Positions 1 through 9,436 of a stretch of 64,000 nucleotides of DNA are shown in pieces. How positions within the stretch are numbered: position 1 is the stretch's first letter; each line of letters begins with the position of its first letter. This DNA is from Spirochaetia bacterium (GTDB taxonomy: Bacteria; Spirochaetota; Spirochaetia; DSM-27196; Salinispiraceae), in contig JBBRCZ010000001.1 in NCBI GenBank assembly GCA_038204425.1, forward strand, positions 384,001 to 448,000, written 5' to 3'. The position numbers were made by a program, and so were the translations under genes. The notes under the pieces were generated by a model, which saw only the letters and a program-made list of their open reading frames with translations, was not told where the DNA came from and did not search any database.

Positions 1-59
1 TGGCTTTAGGCCTGATCCCATGAAATTTAGACACTATTTGAGTCACACTAAAGTATAAC

Positions 60-1016
60 TTATTCGAGCATGCTCAATTTCAGTTTCCAAGCAGATACTT
101 GGAAGACCAATAGATTGGCCGTTTTTTCGCTTAAGTCCGCCAGCGGCGCGGCAATATACTGCTCTGTGTCTTTGCTTTTGTAAACTACCAGAACTCGCTC
201 ACGGCCATCAGCAAACTTCATAGTCAGATTAAAGAGCTTCTGGTAATTTGGAACAGGCACTTTTTCAAGATCAAAAAACTCATCCCCTTCTATTCGACTT
301 ATGTCGTTGACGTAGCCAGCGATTTCTTCGCTTGTTTTGCTTGAGTTTTGCTTGGCCTGCCAAAGCGTATTGCCGTTGACCACTGAACTCGTGAAACTCC
401 TTGTAGTACTAGAGCGGGCGCTAAATCGTTCGATAGCAAAGGACAAAACGCCAGTCTTAGGGTCGAGATCGGGCCATAAACGCCTGTCTAACCAATATTG
501 TGTATTTTGCTTTAAGTAAGAGATAAGACCAGAGTCAATGCTAAGGACTTTTGAATCGCCTTTTTTTGCCATCAGCTGAAGGCCGCGATCATTGAGCGAG
601 TCGGAGAACTCAAAATCGGAGACTCTGTTTTGGGTATCGACGATTTTTAAAGACAATGTATTCTCCGCCTTTAGACCGACTTCCGCCCTACTAACATCAC
701 TGTTTGCAACTATACTTTGTACCTTTATCCCCTTGAGTGAGCTAAAAAAATCTACGACTCTTTCTAGTCTTACTGGATAGACCTGACCAGTTTCTGATTT
801 GATCTTCCAGTCAGATTTATCTCGATATAAGGAAATGTTTTCCGATGCTGAACGAATTTCTATAGAACTCGTATTGGATATGTCTGGAACAAGTTCAAAT
901 GGATTCTCTATGGTTTCGTTGCTGTCGACAATGTTGAAGACTAGACCGACAATCAAGCTGATGCTCAAAGTCGCAATTACGGCAATCATGGCGGGAATGG
1001 TTGTTATTTTTTTCAT
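60..1016 (-). CDS. DUF4340-like membrane-anchored protein of the Gld-type ABC operon
   Basis: Start reset to ATG 1016 (MKKITTIP), which overlaps the upstream stop as ATGA. N-terminal TM helix, a W-x-I..YPV segment, and position right after gldG-like gene. Confidence 0.65.
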   Translation of the reverse strand: MKKITTIPAMIAVIATLSISLIVGLVFNIVDSNETIENPFELVPDISNTSSIEIRSASENISLYRDKSDWKIKSETGQVYPVRLERVVDFFSSLKGIKVQSIVANSDVSRAEVGLKAENTLSLKIVDTQNRVSDFEFSDSLNDRGLQLMAKKGDSKVLSIDSGLISYLKQNTQYWLDRRLWPDLDPKTGVLSFAIERFSARSSTTRSFTSSVVNGNTLWQAKQNSSKTSEEIAGYVNDISRIEGDEFFDLEKVPVPNYQKLFNLTMKFADGRERVLVVYKSKDTEQYIAAPLADLSEKTANLLVFQVSAWKLKLSMLE

Positions 1017-2644
1017 AACTTTTCTCCAAAGACCTGTTTCGATTTTTTTCTTCGCATAGCCAAGCGGACAAGGCCAAAAACCACAACGGCAAGCGGTATA
1101 AGTACCGTATTTACCAGCCAAGCAAGAAATATGACCGCGTCCTTGTGGCTTTTATCTGCAATTAGATCTAGTTTGGCATCCACTACAATTCGGTTCCTAA
1201 GCTTCATTATTGATTCGTCACCAGCCAAATATTCATATAGGTTTCTGATAAAGGTGATGTTTGATTCTGATTGAGTGTATGCAATTAGATCGCTGCCAAA
1301 ATCGGCATCCCCGACTAAAACTAAACGACCTTTAGCTGTTGAGAAAATCCATGTACTTCTGTTTTCAGGCTCAAATGCGGATCTGAGCTCTCCTAATCTC
1401 GCTATTGCAAGATTGTAGCTATTCTGGCCGCCCGACGCCAACTGTGATTGCACAAAGGAAGCACTTTGCAGCGGATCTACGCTAGGTTGTTCTAGTTGAT
1501 TTAAAGATTGGCTCGAAGTCTTTATCAATACCTGCCCGTCAAAGCCTTGTAGTAGCTTAACGGAACTCGCCCAGTAAAGGTCAACATTTGATAGGTTTTT
1601 AGTTACACTGCTGGTTTGTGAGAGTTGTCTAGAACCGGCCCGCAACCAGAGTGGATATGCCATATCTCGTCTCATGGAGTTCTGCCCCATAATTTGAAGA
1701 ACAGGAATGGCTGCACTTTCCATATCAAAGACAATGCCCGGTTCTAGTTCTAGTCCATAAGTTGGAAGAATTTTTTTGATTGCACCTTCTGGATTCCGCT
1801 TGGCCTTAAAGATATTGGCTACAGCTTGTCCACCACCCGTATAGAGCGGCATAAATGGGTTGTTGCCATAGGGATTGCTGACTTCTACAGACCACGAATC
1901 AAGCCCAAGCAGCACACCTTTGCCACTCATTATAAATTGGTCAACATTTCTTGCATCATTCTCACTCAGACCTGAATCATCAAAAACAAAAAGTACTTGG
2001 ATATCTGCTGGGATTATTTCACCCTTGTTGAGAATTCTAAGTTCAATGTTCTGCCCCAAAACTTGTCTAATAGTGTTATAAGTAGCATCTTCGCCACTGC
2101 TTGTTTTGCCGGACAAGATACCAAGAATTGGTTTGCGATTGGTACTGAGATTCTTAATTGCTGAACTAAGCTCGTACTCAAAGTTTCCAGGATCTGTAAC
2201 CAAGGGAATAACTTGCGAACGATTAAGGTACTGAATTTGTACGCCAGAATAGACTAAATTGGTCGACATTTGGTTTTCTTTTACAACTTGGTATTGTTGA
2301 GCTTGTAAACCCAAGCTTTCTGCTTTGACACCCGTTTCATTTTTTTCGGGATCAATTACCTTAGCTCGAACCATACCATTGGAACTGCGGGAATATTCAT
2401 GCAGGAGATCCACTAGATTTTGAATCTGTGGAATCTGTTCAGTTAGGATTGTAGAAACATAGTAGTTGATATAAAGCGGTTCTTTGAGCGAGCGTGCAAT
2501 GTTTACGCTTTCGTCTGCCAGGGTATAGGCCTTGTTTTCGGTTAGATCTGCTCTAAAGTGAAAAACGAGACTGTTGGCTATCAATAAGACGGCGATGACA
2601 CTCGCAAAAAATAAGATCAAGCGCGCCTTGGTTTTCTTTTCCAT
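1013..2644 (-). CDS. gldG: GldG-family ABC transporter auxiliary component
   Basis: RADLTENKAYTL, IDPE and EYELSSAI motifs; GRLVLVGDADF near the C-terminus; TM helices at both ends. ATG 2644 follows a GGAG SD. Confidence 0.8.
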   Translation of the reverse strand: MEKKTKARLILFFASVIAVLLIANSLVFHFRADLTENKAYTLADESVNIARSLKEPLYINYYVSTILTEQIPQIQNLVDLLHEYSRSSNGMVRAKVIDPEKNETGVKAESLGLQAQQYQVVKENQMSTNLVYSGVQIQYLNRSQVIPLVTDPGNFEYELSSAIKNLSTNRKPILGILSGKTSSGEDATYNTIRQVLGQNIELRILNKGEIIPADIQVLFVFDDSGLSENDARNVDQFIMSGKGVLLGLDSWSVEVSNPYGNNPFMPLYTGGGQAVANIFKAKRNPEGAIKKILPTYGLELEPGIVFDMESAAIPVLQIMGQNSMRRDMAYPLWLRAGSRQLSQTSSVTKNLSNVDLYWASSVKLLQGFDGQVLIKTSSQSLNQLEQPSVDPLQSASFVQSQLASGGQNSYNLAIARLGELRSAFEPENRSTWIFSTAKGRLVLVGDADFGSDLIAYTQSESNITFIRNLYEYLAGDESIMKLRNRIVVDAKLDLIADKSHKDAVIFLAWLVNTVLIPLAVVVFGLVRLAMRRKKSKQVFGEKL

Positions 2645-2646
2645 TC

Positions 2647-3369
2647 TTATCTCCATTTTTTTAGCACCAATTGACGTTCATTTAGAAAGAGAAAAAAGGC
2701 TGTTATCGTCAGGAAGAAGACCAGGTCACGCGAGTCAACGATACCTTTGATAAAGCTTTCGGAATGATAGCCAAAAGACAAATACTGCAATAACAAGACT
2801 ACAAAACCAGGCAGTTCTGTAAACCGCCCTATTTGGTCAATCAAGGTAAGAACTAGGGCTATGGCAGTGGTCAACAAAAATGCTACTACTTGGTTTTTAC
2901 TGAGACTAGAAATGTAAATCCCCAAGGCGATTTCGGCCATTCCCAATAGGAACATCCCCAAATACTCTCCAGCAATTACACCAAAGTCAAAATGACCAAG
3001 AAATGAAACCATTATTGGCACTGGTAAAGTAAGTACAAGCAAGCCGCCAAATAGTACAACGAGAGCAAGAAACTTCCCCAAGACCAACTGTATTTCTTTG
3101 AACGGCAAGGTTAAGAGTACTTCTAAGGTACCGTTTCTCTGTTCTTCTGCCCAAGTCCTCATTGTCAAGGCTGGGATGATGAACGAAAAGAGAAAAGGAA
3201 AGATGCTAAAGTAAGCTCTCAGACTGGCCTGATCTTGGGCAACAAACTGTCTGATGTTAAAAAGATAGACCGAGGAAATCAATAGAAACATTAGTCCAAC
3301 TACGTAGGCAACGGCTGAATTGCCATAGAACTGCAGTTCCTTTTTGACCAAAATCAATACTTTACTCAT
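2647..3369 (-). CDS. gldF: GldF-family ABC-2 permease
   Basis: PALTMRTWAEEQRNGTLEVLLTLP, LVLGKFLA and KGIVDSRDLVFF motifs; about 6 TM helices. Confidence 0.85.
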   Translation of the reverse strand: MSKVLILVKKELQFYGNSAVAYVVGLMFLLISSVYLFNIRQFVAQDQASLRAYFSIFPFLFSFIIPALTMRTWAEEQRNGTLEVLLTLPFKEIQLVLGKFLALVVLFGGLLVLTLPVPIMVSFLGHFDFGVIAGEYLGMFLLGMAEIALGIYISSLSKNQVVAFLLTTAIALVLTLIDQIGRFTELPGFVVLLLQYLSFGYHSESFIKGIVDSRDLVFFLTITAFFLFLNERQLVLKKWR

Positions 3370-4342
3370 CTTTGTTCTCCTGCTTGCTCGTAAGACTTGT
3401 AAATACGTCTTCTAGACTTGTGTTAATTTGTCTTAGGCCCAAAATAGGAACGTTACTCTTGACGGCCAATTCAAACAAACGTTTTTGAAAAGCCCAAGTC
3501 TGAGTGTCGCTGTGTTTTTTGAGGCTTAAAGAGTAGACGAGAGCAGTTCCGTAGGTCGATTCCTGATTGCTAATGGCAAGATCGGCAATTTCTTTCTGCA
3601 ACAAAGCGATCAATTTCTCGGATTCTAGCGGTAGGATAAGTTCAAAAATTTGGGCACCACGAAGTTCGTTGCCAATTTCTTGCGTGCTACCTTGAGCTAC
3701 GATTCTACCATGGTTGAGGATTAGAACTCTGGTGCAGACTGCCTCTACTTCTTGGAGAATATGCGTAGAAAGAATAATGGTACAGCGCTTTCCGAGCTCT
3801 ACGATTAGCTTACGAATTTCAAGAATTTGATTGGGGTCAAGTCCAGTCGTTGGCTCGTCAAGAATAAGAATGTCGGGTTCGTGCAAAATTGCCTGAGCCA
3901 GTCCTACACGCTGCCTAAAACCCTTAGAAAGGGTATCAATAGTCTTGTAGTATACCTCTTCAAGACTGCAGTCCTTGACCACTTTGATTATGGCCTGCTT
4001 TTTGTCCAATCCTGAGTTTGTTTTTTTGTCCTTTAGACGCACTTCGGCTATAAAAGACAGATATTCTTCTACCGTTAACTCTGGATAGAGCGGTGCATTC
4101 TCTGGCAAATAGCCAATCTTGTCTTTAATTGAGTCGCTGTGCTCGCTTATGTCAAGCGAATCTATGCTTACCGTGCCGGAACTTGGAAAGTGAAAGCCGG
4201 TAAGCATCTTCATTATGGTGGTCTTTCCAGCACCATTGGGCCCGAGCAAGCCGACAATTTCGCCCTTATTGATGCAAAAATCGACATCACTCACGGCCGG
4301 AACACCTTGGTAGTGTTTTGAAAGCTGCAGAACTTCTATCAT
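3362..4342 (-). CDS. gldA: GldA-like ABC ATP-binding protein
   Basis: Walker A GPNGAGKTT, signature LSKGFRQR, Walker B LILDEPT; GGAGG SD. Confidence 0.85.
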   Translation of the reverse strand: MIEVLQLSKHYQGVPAVSDVDFCINKGEIVGLLGPNGAGKTTIMKMLTGFHFPSSGTVSIDSLDISEHSDSIKDKIGYLPENAPLYPELTVEEYLSFIAEVRLKDKKTNSGLDKKQAIIKVVKDCSLEEVYYKTIDTLSKGFRQRVGLAQAILHEPDILILDEPTTGLDPNQILEIRKLIVELGKRCTIILSTHILQEVEAVCTRVLILNHGRIVAQGSTQEIGNELRGAQIFELILPLESEKLIALLQKEIADLAISNQESTYGTALVYSLSLKKHSDTQTWAFQKRLFELAVKSNVPILGLRQINTSLEDVFTSLTSKQENKDE

Positions 4343-4403
4343 GAAACCTCCACGTTTTTTTAGTGTGGCTTCCCAACTTACAGTTTAAGAAACCACTTGC
4401 AGT

Positions 4404-5342
4404 TTATTCGGAATATTCTATCTCAATAGTTTGTCGATCACGAAGCAAGAAACTGTTTGCAAATTCAGACACGGCCTCGTCTTGCAGTAGTTTGAGCTCT
4501 CTGTCAGTATAGCGCGGACTAAAGTGAAAGAGCCCCAACTGCTTAACGCCACCGGCTTGTTTGGCAAGCCTTGCAGCTTCAAGCGCTGTCATATGTTTTT
4601 TTGCATGTGCAGTTTCTTTTAACGCATGTTCAAACATACCCTCACAGACAAAGAGATCTGAATTTTCCACTTCTTGTGAGATAGACATAATTGGTAGCGT
4701 GTCGGTTACAAAACTAACCTTGCGACCTTTACGTTCATTGCCCATGACTTGGCTTGGTTCTATCGTCCTGCCGTCTTCCAGTTGCACGCTTTGACCACCT
4801 TGCAACTTACCCCACAGCGGGCCACGCGGAATTGAAAGCCCTTCGGCCTTGTCCGGAAAAAAGACTCCGGGTCTATGCTTTTCTGTAAATGAATAACCAA
4901 CACAAACCCTTGTGTGTTTGAGTGGAAAAGACCTGACCTGATATTCTGGGTGGTCAAAAACTACGCCTGGTTTGCTAGGGTCTTCTATTTCTTGGATGAT
5001 GATCTCATAGTTGATATACATCTCGAGTACATTGCGTGACGTTTCAATATACTCTTTAATACGCGCTGGACCAATGATGTAGAGTGGTTCAGTTCGTTCA
5101 ACTTGGCTTGATAGCATCAACATGCCTGGCAGACCAGTGATATGGTCAGCATGGGTATGACTTATAAAAATAGCGTTGATGTGTTTCCAACGTAGATTCA
5201 ATTTGCGCAAAGAAACCTGAGTTCCCTCACCGCAATCAAATAAAAAAAGCTCGCCCTCTCGTCTCAAGAGCATTGAACTCAAATTGCGCTGGGGCAGAGG
5301 AATACTTCCCCCTGTTCCCAGCATAAAAACTTCTAGACTCAT
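4404..5342 (-). CDS. rnz: Ribonuclease Z
   Basis: LGTGG, DCGEGTQ, HTHADH metallo-beta-lactamase motif, GP exosite arm (PRGPLWGKLQ), HFSPRY. Confidence 0.93.
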   Translation of the reverse strand: MSLEVFMLGTGGSIPLPQRNLSSMLLRREGELFLFDCGEGTQVSLRKLNLRWKHINAIFISHTHADHITGLPGMLMLSSQVERTEPLYIIGPARIKEYIETSRNVLEMYINYEIIIQEIEDPSKPGVVFDHPEYQVRSFPLKHTRVCVGYSFTEKHRPGVFFPDKAEGLSIPRGPLWGKLQGGQSVQLEDGRTIEPSQVMGNERKGRKVSFVTDTLPIMSISQEVENSDLFVCEGMFEHALKETAHAKKHMTALEAARLAKQAGGVKQLGLFHFSPRYTDRELKLLQDEAVSEFANSFLLRDRQTIEIEYSE

Positions 5343-5360
5343 ACTTTATTGTAGTTCCGA

Positions 5361-6560
5361 TCACTTTACCTTGGGAAAAAGTGTATTGATTTCTTCGTCA
5401 TAATCCACGTCAGCGCGGCCAAAACCATGAATAGTGAGGAAATCCTGATTGGTTCCCTCTATGTCTGCCAATTGAGCTACGTTTTCTGTGTTGACGAGAT
5501 CCCAGCGTTTTGCAACTTCCACTTGCACTGCAGGATCAAGTTCCCAGTCGTCCATTCTGATACGTCCTTCTGAGTCGGTCACAATACCACTGGTTCCGTT
5601 TCCTTTGCCATAGAGCTTAACTCTGTACAGACGGTCCATTTGTTGGATGCAGTTTTCGTGGGTGCCTTTCTCTTTCATTACCTTGTACAGTAATGCAAAG
5701 TAGAGTGGCACAACAGGGATTACCGCGCTTGCTCGAGTAACCAAGCCTTTGTTTTCCGAGACCCAAGACTTGCCGCCAATTGGTGCCAACAATTGATCAA
5801 TATCTTTAACACTGGCTTCCAAATGCGCTTTGGCTTTGCCAATAGTTCCATTTAGGTAAACAGGATGTGTCACTTCTGGTCCAATATAAGAATAAGCGAC
5901 AGTTACTGCATTGGGAGCAAGGACACCTGCGGCCAACAAAGCTTTGATCCATAGGATCCAGTCTTCGCCGCCCATAACCTTAACGGTATTGTCTATTTCT
6001 TCTTGACTAGTGATAGGGTCAATGCTAGCGATACTAACTTCATGAGTACTCGTATTGAAGGTTTTTGCACTGTAGGTTTGACCAATTGGCTTGAGTACTG
6101 ACCGGTATTGAATCCCCGTGGCTGGATCGGTTCTCACTGGTGAAGCAAGACTATAGACAACAACATCAACGGTACCTAAGAGAGCTTTAATTCTCTCAAT
6201 TACCTGCATGCGAGTTTCGTCAGAAAAGGCATCCGCATTAATGTTCTCAGATTTTAGGCCAGCTTTTTTAGCTAGTTGGTTAAAAGACTCGACATTGTAC
6301 CAACCCATGGTGCCTGGTTTTTTTTCGCTGGCTTCTTTTTCGTAAGAGACACCGATACTATCAGCGCCAGCACCAAAGGCCAAGGCTATGCGTGACGCGA
6401 GACCGTATCCAGTGGATGAGCCAATTATCAGTGCACGTTTAGGGCCCTTCCAGCGCCCATGCTTGCTTACCAAAGCAATCTGATCCTCTACGTCCTTGAA
6501 ACAGCCCAAAGGATGGGCATTCATGCAAATATTGTTACGAATCATTGGTTTGATAACCAT
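5361..6560 (-). CDS. fabV: Enoyl-ACP reductase FabV / trans-2-enoyl-CoA reductase
   Basis: GSSTGYGLASR, YSLASP, VMGGEDW, YSYIGP, Y-x6-K (YLNGTIGK), RMDDWEL. Confidence 0.93.
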   Translation of the reverse strand: MVIKPMIRNNICMNAHPLGCFKDVEDQIALVSKHGRWKGPKRALIIGSSTGYGLASRIALAFGAGADSIGVSYEKEASEKKPGTMGWYNVESFNQLAKKAGLKSENINADAFSDETRMQVIERIKALLGTVDVVVYSLASPVRTDPATGIQYRSVLKPIGQTYSAKTFNTSTHEVSIASIDPITSQEEIDNTVKVMGGEDWILWIKALLAAGVLAPNAVTVAYSYIGPEVTHPVYLNGTIGKAKAHLEASVKDIDQLLAPIGGKSWVSENKGLVTRASAVIPVVPLYFALLYKVMKEKGTHENCIQQMDRLYRVKLYGKGNGTSGIVTDSEGRIRMDDWELDPAVQVEVAKRWDLVNTENVAQLADIEGTNQDFLTIHGFGRADVDYDEEINTLFPKVK

Positions 6561-6721
6561 AGCTAGCTCTCCTGCTGCCGTGGCAGGCTTTTCTAGCCAC
6601 GGTCTTCTTGTTACAATAGCAGTCGGATTAGTCCGATTTGTGATGCTAAAGTTGGCTAAGTTGTACTATAAATGAGCAGATCTGAGCAACCATATCAAAT
6701 ATGCAGAGCTAGGAATAGAAA

Positions 6722-8023
6722 ATGGACAGAATAATTCAATGGAACCAACTTGATGAGGCAGAGAAAAAGCGGCTATTGGATCGCAGCGAAGCCGACATTA
6801 GCAAGGCATTGGCTGGTGCGCAAGAGATTATTGAAGCAGTTAGATTAGAGGGTGATCAAGCAATAGCACGCTTTTGCGTAAAATTTGACTACCACGGTGC
6901 CAAGGCTGATAATCTTTGGGTAAGTCCGGGCGAGTTTGATCACGCTATTGCGGAATTGGACCAAAGTGTAAAAACAGCACTCGACATCGCTATGGCAAAT
7001 ATCAGCAAATTTCACCAAGAACAAGTACCGCACTCTTCCCAGCCAATAGAAATAAGCCCTGGCCTTACGGCAATTGAACGTTGGGTACCGTTGGACAAAG
7101 TGGCACTGTATGTGCCTCATGGAAAAGGAAGTTTTCCTTCTATGCTCTACATGCTGGCCATACCAGCCAAACTGGCAGCAGTAAAAGAGATTATTGTGGC
7201 CAGTCCACCCAATTCTGACGGTAGTATGGATGCGGCTTGCCTCTATGTTGCGCGAAGTTGTGGAATTAATCGCGTGTTAAAGGTTGGCGGCGCGCAAGCG
7301 ATTGCCGCTTTGGCACTGGGTACTCAAACTATTCCCAAGGTAGACAAGATAGTCGGGCCTGGAAGCAGCTGGGTGAGCGCAGCTAAGCGCCTACTGGGAC
7401 ATATAGTCGACACTGGACTTCCTGCCGGCCCAAGTGAGTCGATGGTCTTGCTTGGTAAAAACGCCCGACTGGACTTGGTAGCCTTGGATCTCATGATAGA
7501 GGCCGAACATGGGCCGGATTCCCAGGCTTTTGCTGTGACTTGGGACCTAAACACTGCAAAAGCAATTGTCGACCAAATTGAAAGTTTGCTGCCCAAGATC
7601 GAAACCGGCCGACGAGCTTTTATCGAAACAGTTTTTTCTCGCTATGGAGCGGTTATAGTGGTAGACAGTGAGCAAGGAGCAATTGACTTAGTTAACCTCT
7701 ATGCGCCAGAGCATTTACAAATCCAAGGGGATGATGCTTCAGAACTAGCCACAAAAATAAAGCATGCTGGAGAAATTTTGCTGGGAAGTTGGCTGCCCTT
7801 CTCTCTGGCAAACTACGCTTGCGGACCAAATGCTGTCTTACCAACCGGAGGCAAAGCTCGCAGTTGGTCAGCAGTTTCGGTGCGCGACTTTATGCACAGT
7901 ATCAGCGTTATCAGCGCAAACGAGAGCGCCTTTAGGCACTTGGGTCCCCATGTTGCTGTCCTGGCCGACTATGAAGGTTTTTTTACCCACGCACTTGCTA
8001 TTAGATCCAGACTGGAAGAATGA
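6722..8023 (+). CDS. hisD: Histidinol dehydrogenase family protein (variant active site)
   Basis: LYVPHG, GGAQAIAALA, AGPSE, AEHG, APEHL, VLPTGG. Some Zn-site residues are substituted (see findings). Confidence 0.8.
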   Translation: MDRIIQWNQLDEAEKKRLLDRSEADISKALAGAQEIIEAVRLEGDQAIARFCVKFDYHGAKADNLWVSPGEFDHAIAELDQSVKTALDIAMANISKFHQEQVPHSSQPIEISPGLTAIERWVPLDKVALYVPHGKGSFPSMLYMLAIPAKLAAVKEIIVASPPNSDGSMDAACLYVARSCGINRVLKVGGAQAIAALALGTQTIPKVDKIVGPGSSWVSAAKRLLGHIVDTGLPAGPSESMVLLGKNARLDLVALDLMIEAEHGPDSQAFAVTWDLNTAKAIVDQIESLLPKIETGRRAFIETVFSRYGAVIVVDSEQGAIDLVNLYAPEHLQIQGDDASELATKIKHAGEILLGSWLPFSLANYACGPNAVLPTGGKARSWSAVSVRDFMHSISVISANESAFRHLGPHVAVLADYEGFFTHALAIRSRLEE

Positions 8024-8029
8024 AGACCT

Positions 8030-9436
8030 ATGTCAATCGATGCTGTAAACAGTGAGTTCACTTGGTTCGAAAGCTTTGTCAACTTTGAGCGCAGTCCAGT
8101 AGAGGCAGGCGAGTATCGGCTCGATCGAATGGCGAAAATGCTTGATTTTTTTGCAAATCCACATTTCTGTACTCCCTGTATCCACATTGCTGGTTCCAAA
8201 GGTAAAGGTTCTATTGCTCACCATATCGCAGTCATGGCAAAGAGCTTAGGTTTGCGTGTGGGAGTATATGCGTCTCCTCATTTGGTCGACTACCGAGAAA
8301 GAATCTATTCAGGCGAGGGTTTTTTTGCAGATCCACTTTACTTAGAGGCTATAGAACGAATCAAAAGTTTTGTCTCAAGCTCAACACTTGATCAATGGGG
8401 TCTCGGTCAGCCTACTTGTTTTGAATTGCTTACGCTATGTGCCTTCTTGGTCTTTGAATCGGCGCAGTTAGATTTAATGATTATCGAGACAGGTTTGGGT
8501 GGTAGACTTGACGCCAGCAACCTTGTTAACCCAGAAGTATGCGTAATTAGTTTGTTGGAACTTGAACATACCGACATTCTTGGTCCACGAATAGAAGACA
8601 TAGCGCGCGAAAAGGCAGGGATTTTTAAATCCGGCGCCCATTTGTTGAGTGCAGAACAAGTTATTAGTGCTCACCAGGTTCTTGACAGAAAAGCCAGCGA
8701 ACTGGGAACCAAGGTAGAGTATGTTAAAACTCAAATTGAAAGAAATCCTGCTAAAACCCAAGCGGAAAGTATAGAGGCTTGGATAGAGGCCGATGAATGC
8801 TTTGGCCCAATTTTAATAGCGTTTCAAGCGCCGTTTCAGGCACAAAATCTTGGCCTGGCAGCAAGAGCTCTTTTTATGCTGTTCAAGCGCTTAGCTGACC
8901 AAGGCCAATTCTCTAGAAAAACCACCACAGTGATGCCCTCAAGTGATATGTGGCAGCATGCAATCCAGCTTGCAGCGGCAACAAAACTGCCTGGTCGACT
9001 TGAAGTGCTTAAACAAGCTGAAGGTAAAATCTACATCTTCGATGGTAGTCATACGGTAAACTCAGTCGCTGCAGCAATTGAATATGCGCAGAAAACTAAT
9101 CGCTCCCGAGGAGGGCGACTATTTATCTTGTTTTCTCTGGCGGCAGGAAAAAAGATGGAAGAAATTGTAACCCTGCTTGCCGGCTCTGGTGCGCAGATTA
9201 CCGTTACCAGTACCGGAAGCTTTAAGAAATCTGACCCTCAGGCCTTGTTTGACTACTTAAAAAGTACAAGTTCCGGTGCGAAATTAGCCAAATTAGAACC
9301 TGATCCGGGTCTGGCCTTTGCTGAAATTAGCTCTAGTTTAAAGCCAAATGACACATTGTTAGTTTGCGGTTCTTTTTATCTGCTGGGCGCCGTTTTAAGC
9401 CAGATTAAAGCAATAGAAGCATCGTATGTCACTTAA
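8030..9436 (+). CDS. folC: Folylpolyglutamate/dihydrofolate synthase
   Basis: IHIAGSKGKGS, SPHL, ETGLGGRLDASN, EKAGI, PGRLE, GSFYL. Confidence 0.92.
   Translation: MSIDAVNSEFTWFESFVNFERSPVEAGEYRLDRMAKMLDFFANPHFCTPCIHIAGSKGKGSIAHHIAVMAKSLGLRVGVYASPHLVDYRERIYSGEGFFADPLYLEAIERIKSFVSSSTLDQWGLGQPTCFELLTLCAFLVFESAQLDLMIIETGLGGRLDASNLVNPEVCVISLLELEHTDILGPRIEDIAREKAGIFKSGAHLLSAEQVISAHQVLDRKASELGTKVEYVKTQIERNPAKTQAESIEAWIEADECFGPILIAFQAPFQAQNLGLAARALFMLFKRLADQGQFSRKTTTVMPSSDMWQHAIQLAAATKLPGRLEVLKQAEGKIYIFDGSHTVNSVAAAIEYAQKTNRSRGGRLFILFSLAAGKKMEEIVTLLAGSGAQITVTSTGSFKKSDPQALFDYLKSTSSGAKLAKLEPDPGLAFAEISSSLKPNDTLLVCGSFYLLGAVLSQIKAIEASYVT

Noticed and set aside
1017..1121. N-terminal extension of the first ORF, and similar extensions for lysS, TPR, NUDIX, ADH and murD in the ORF track
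   Set aside because: They overlap neighbouring genes or promoters; downstream starts fit coupling, SD or -10 spacing better.
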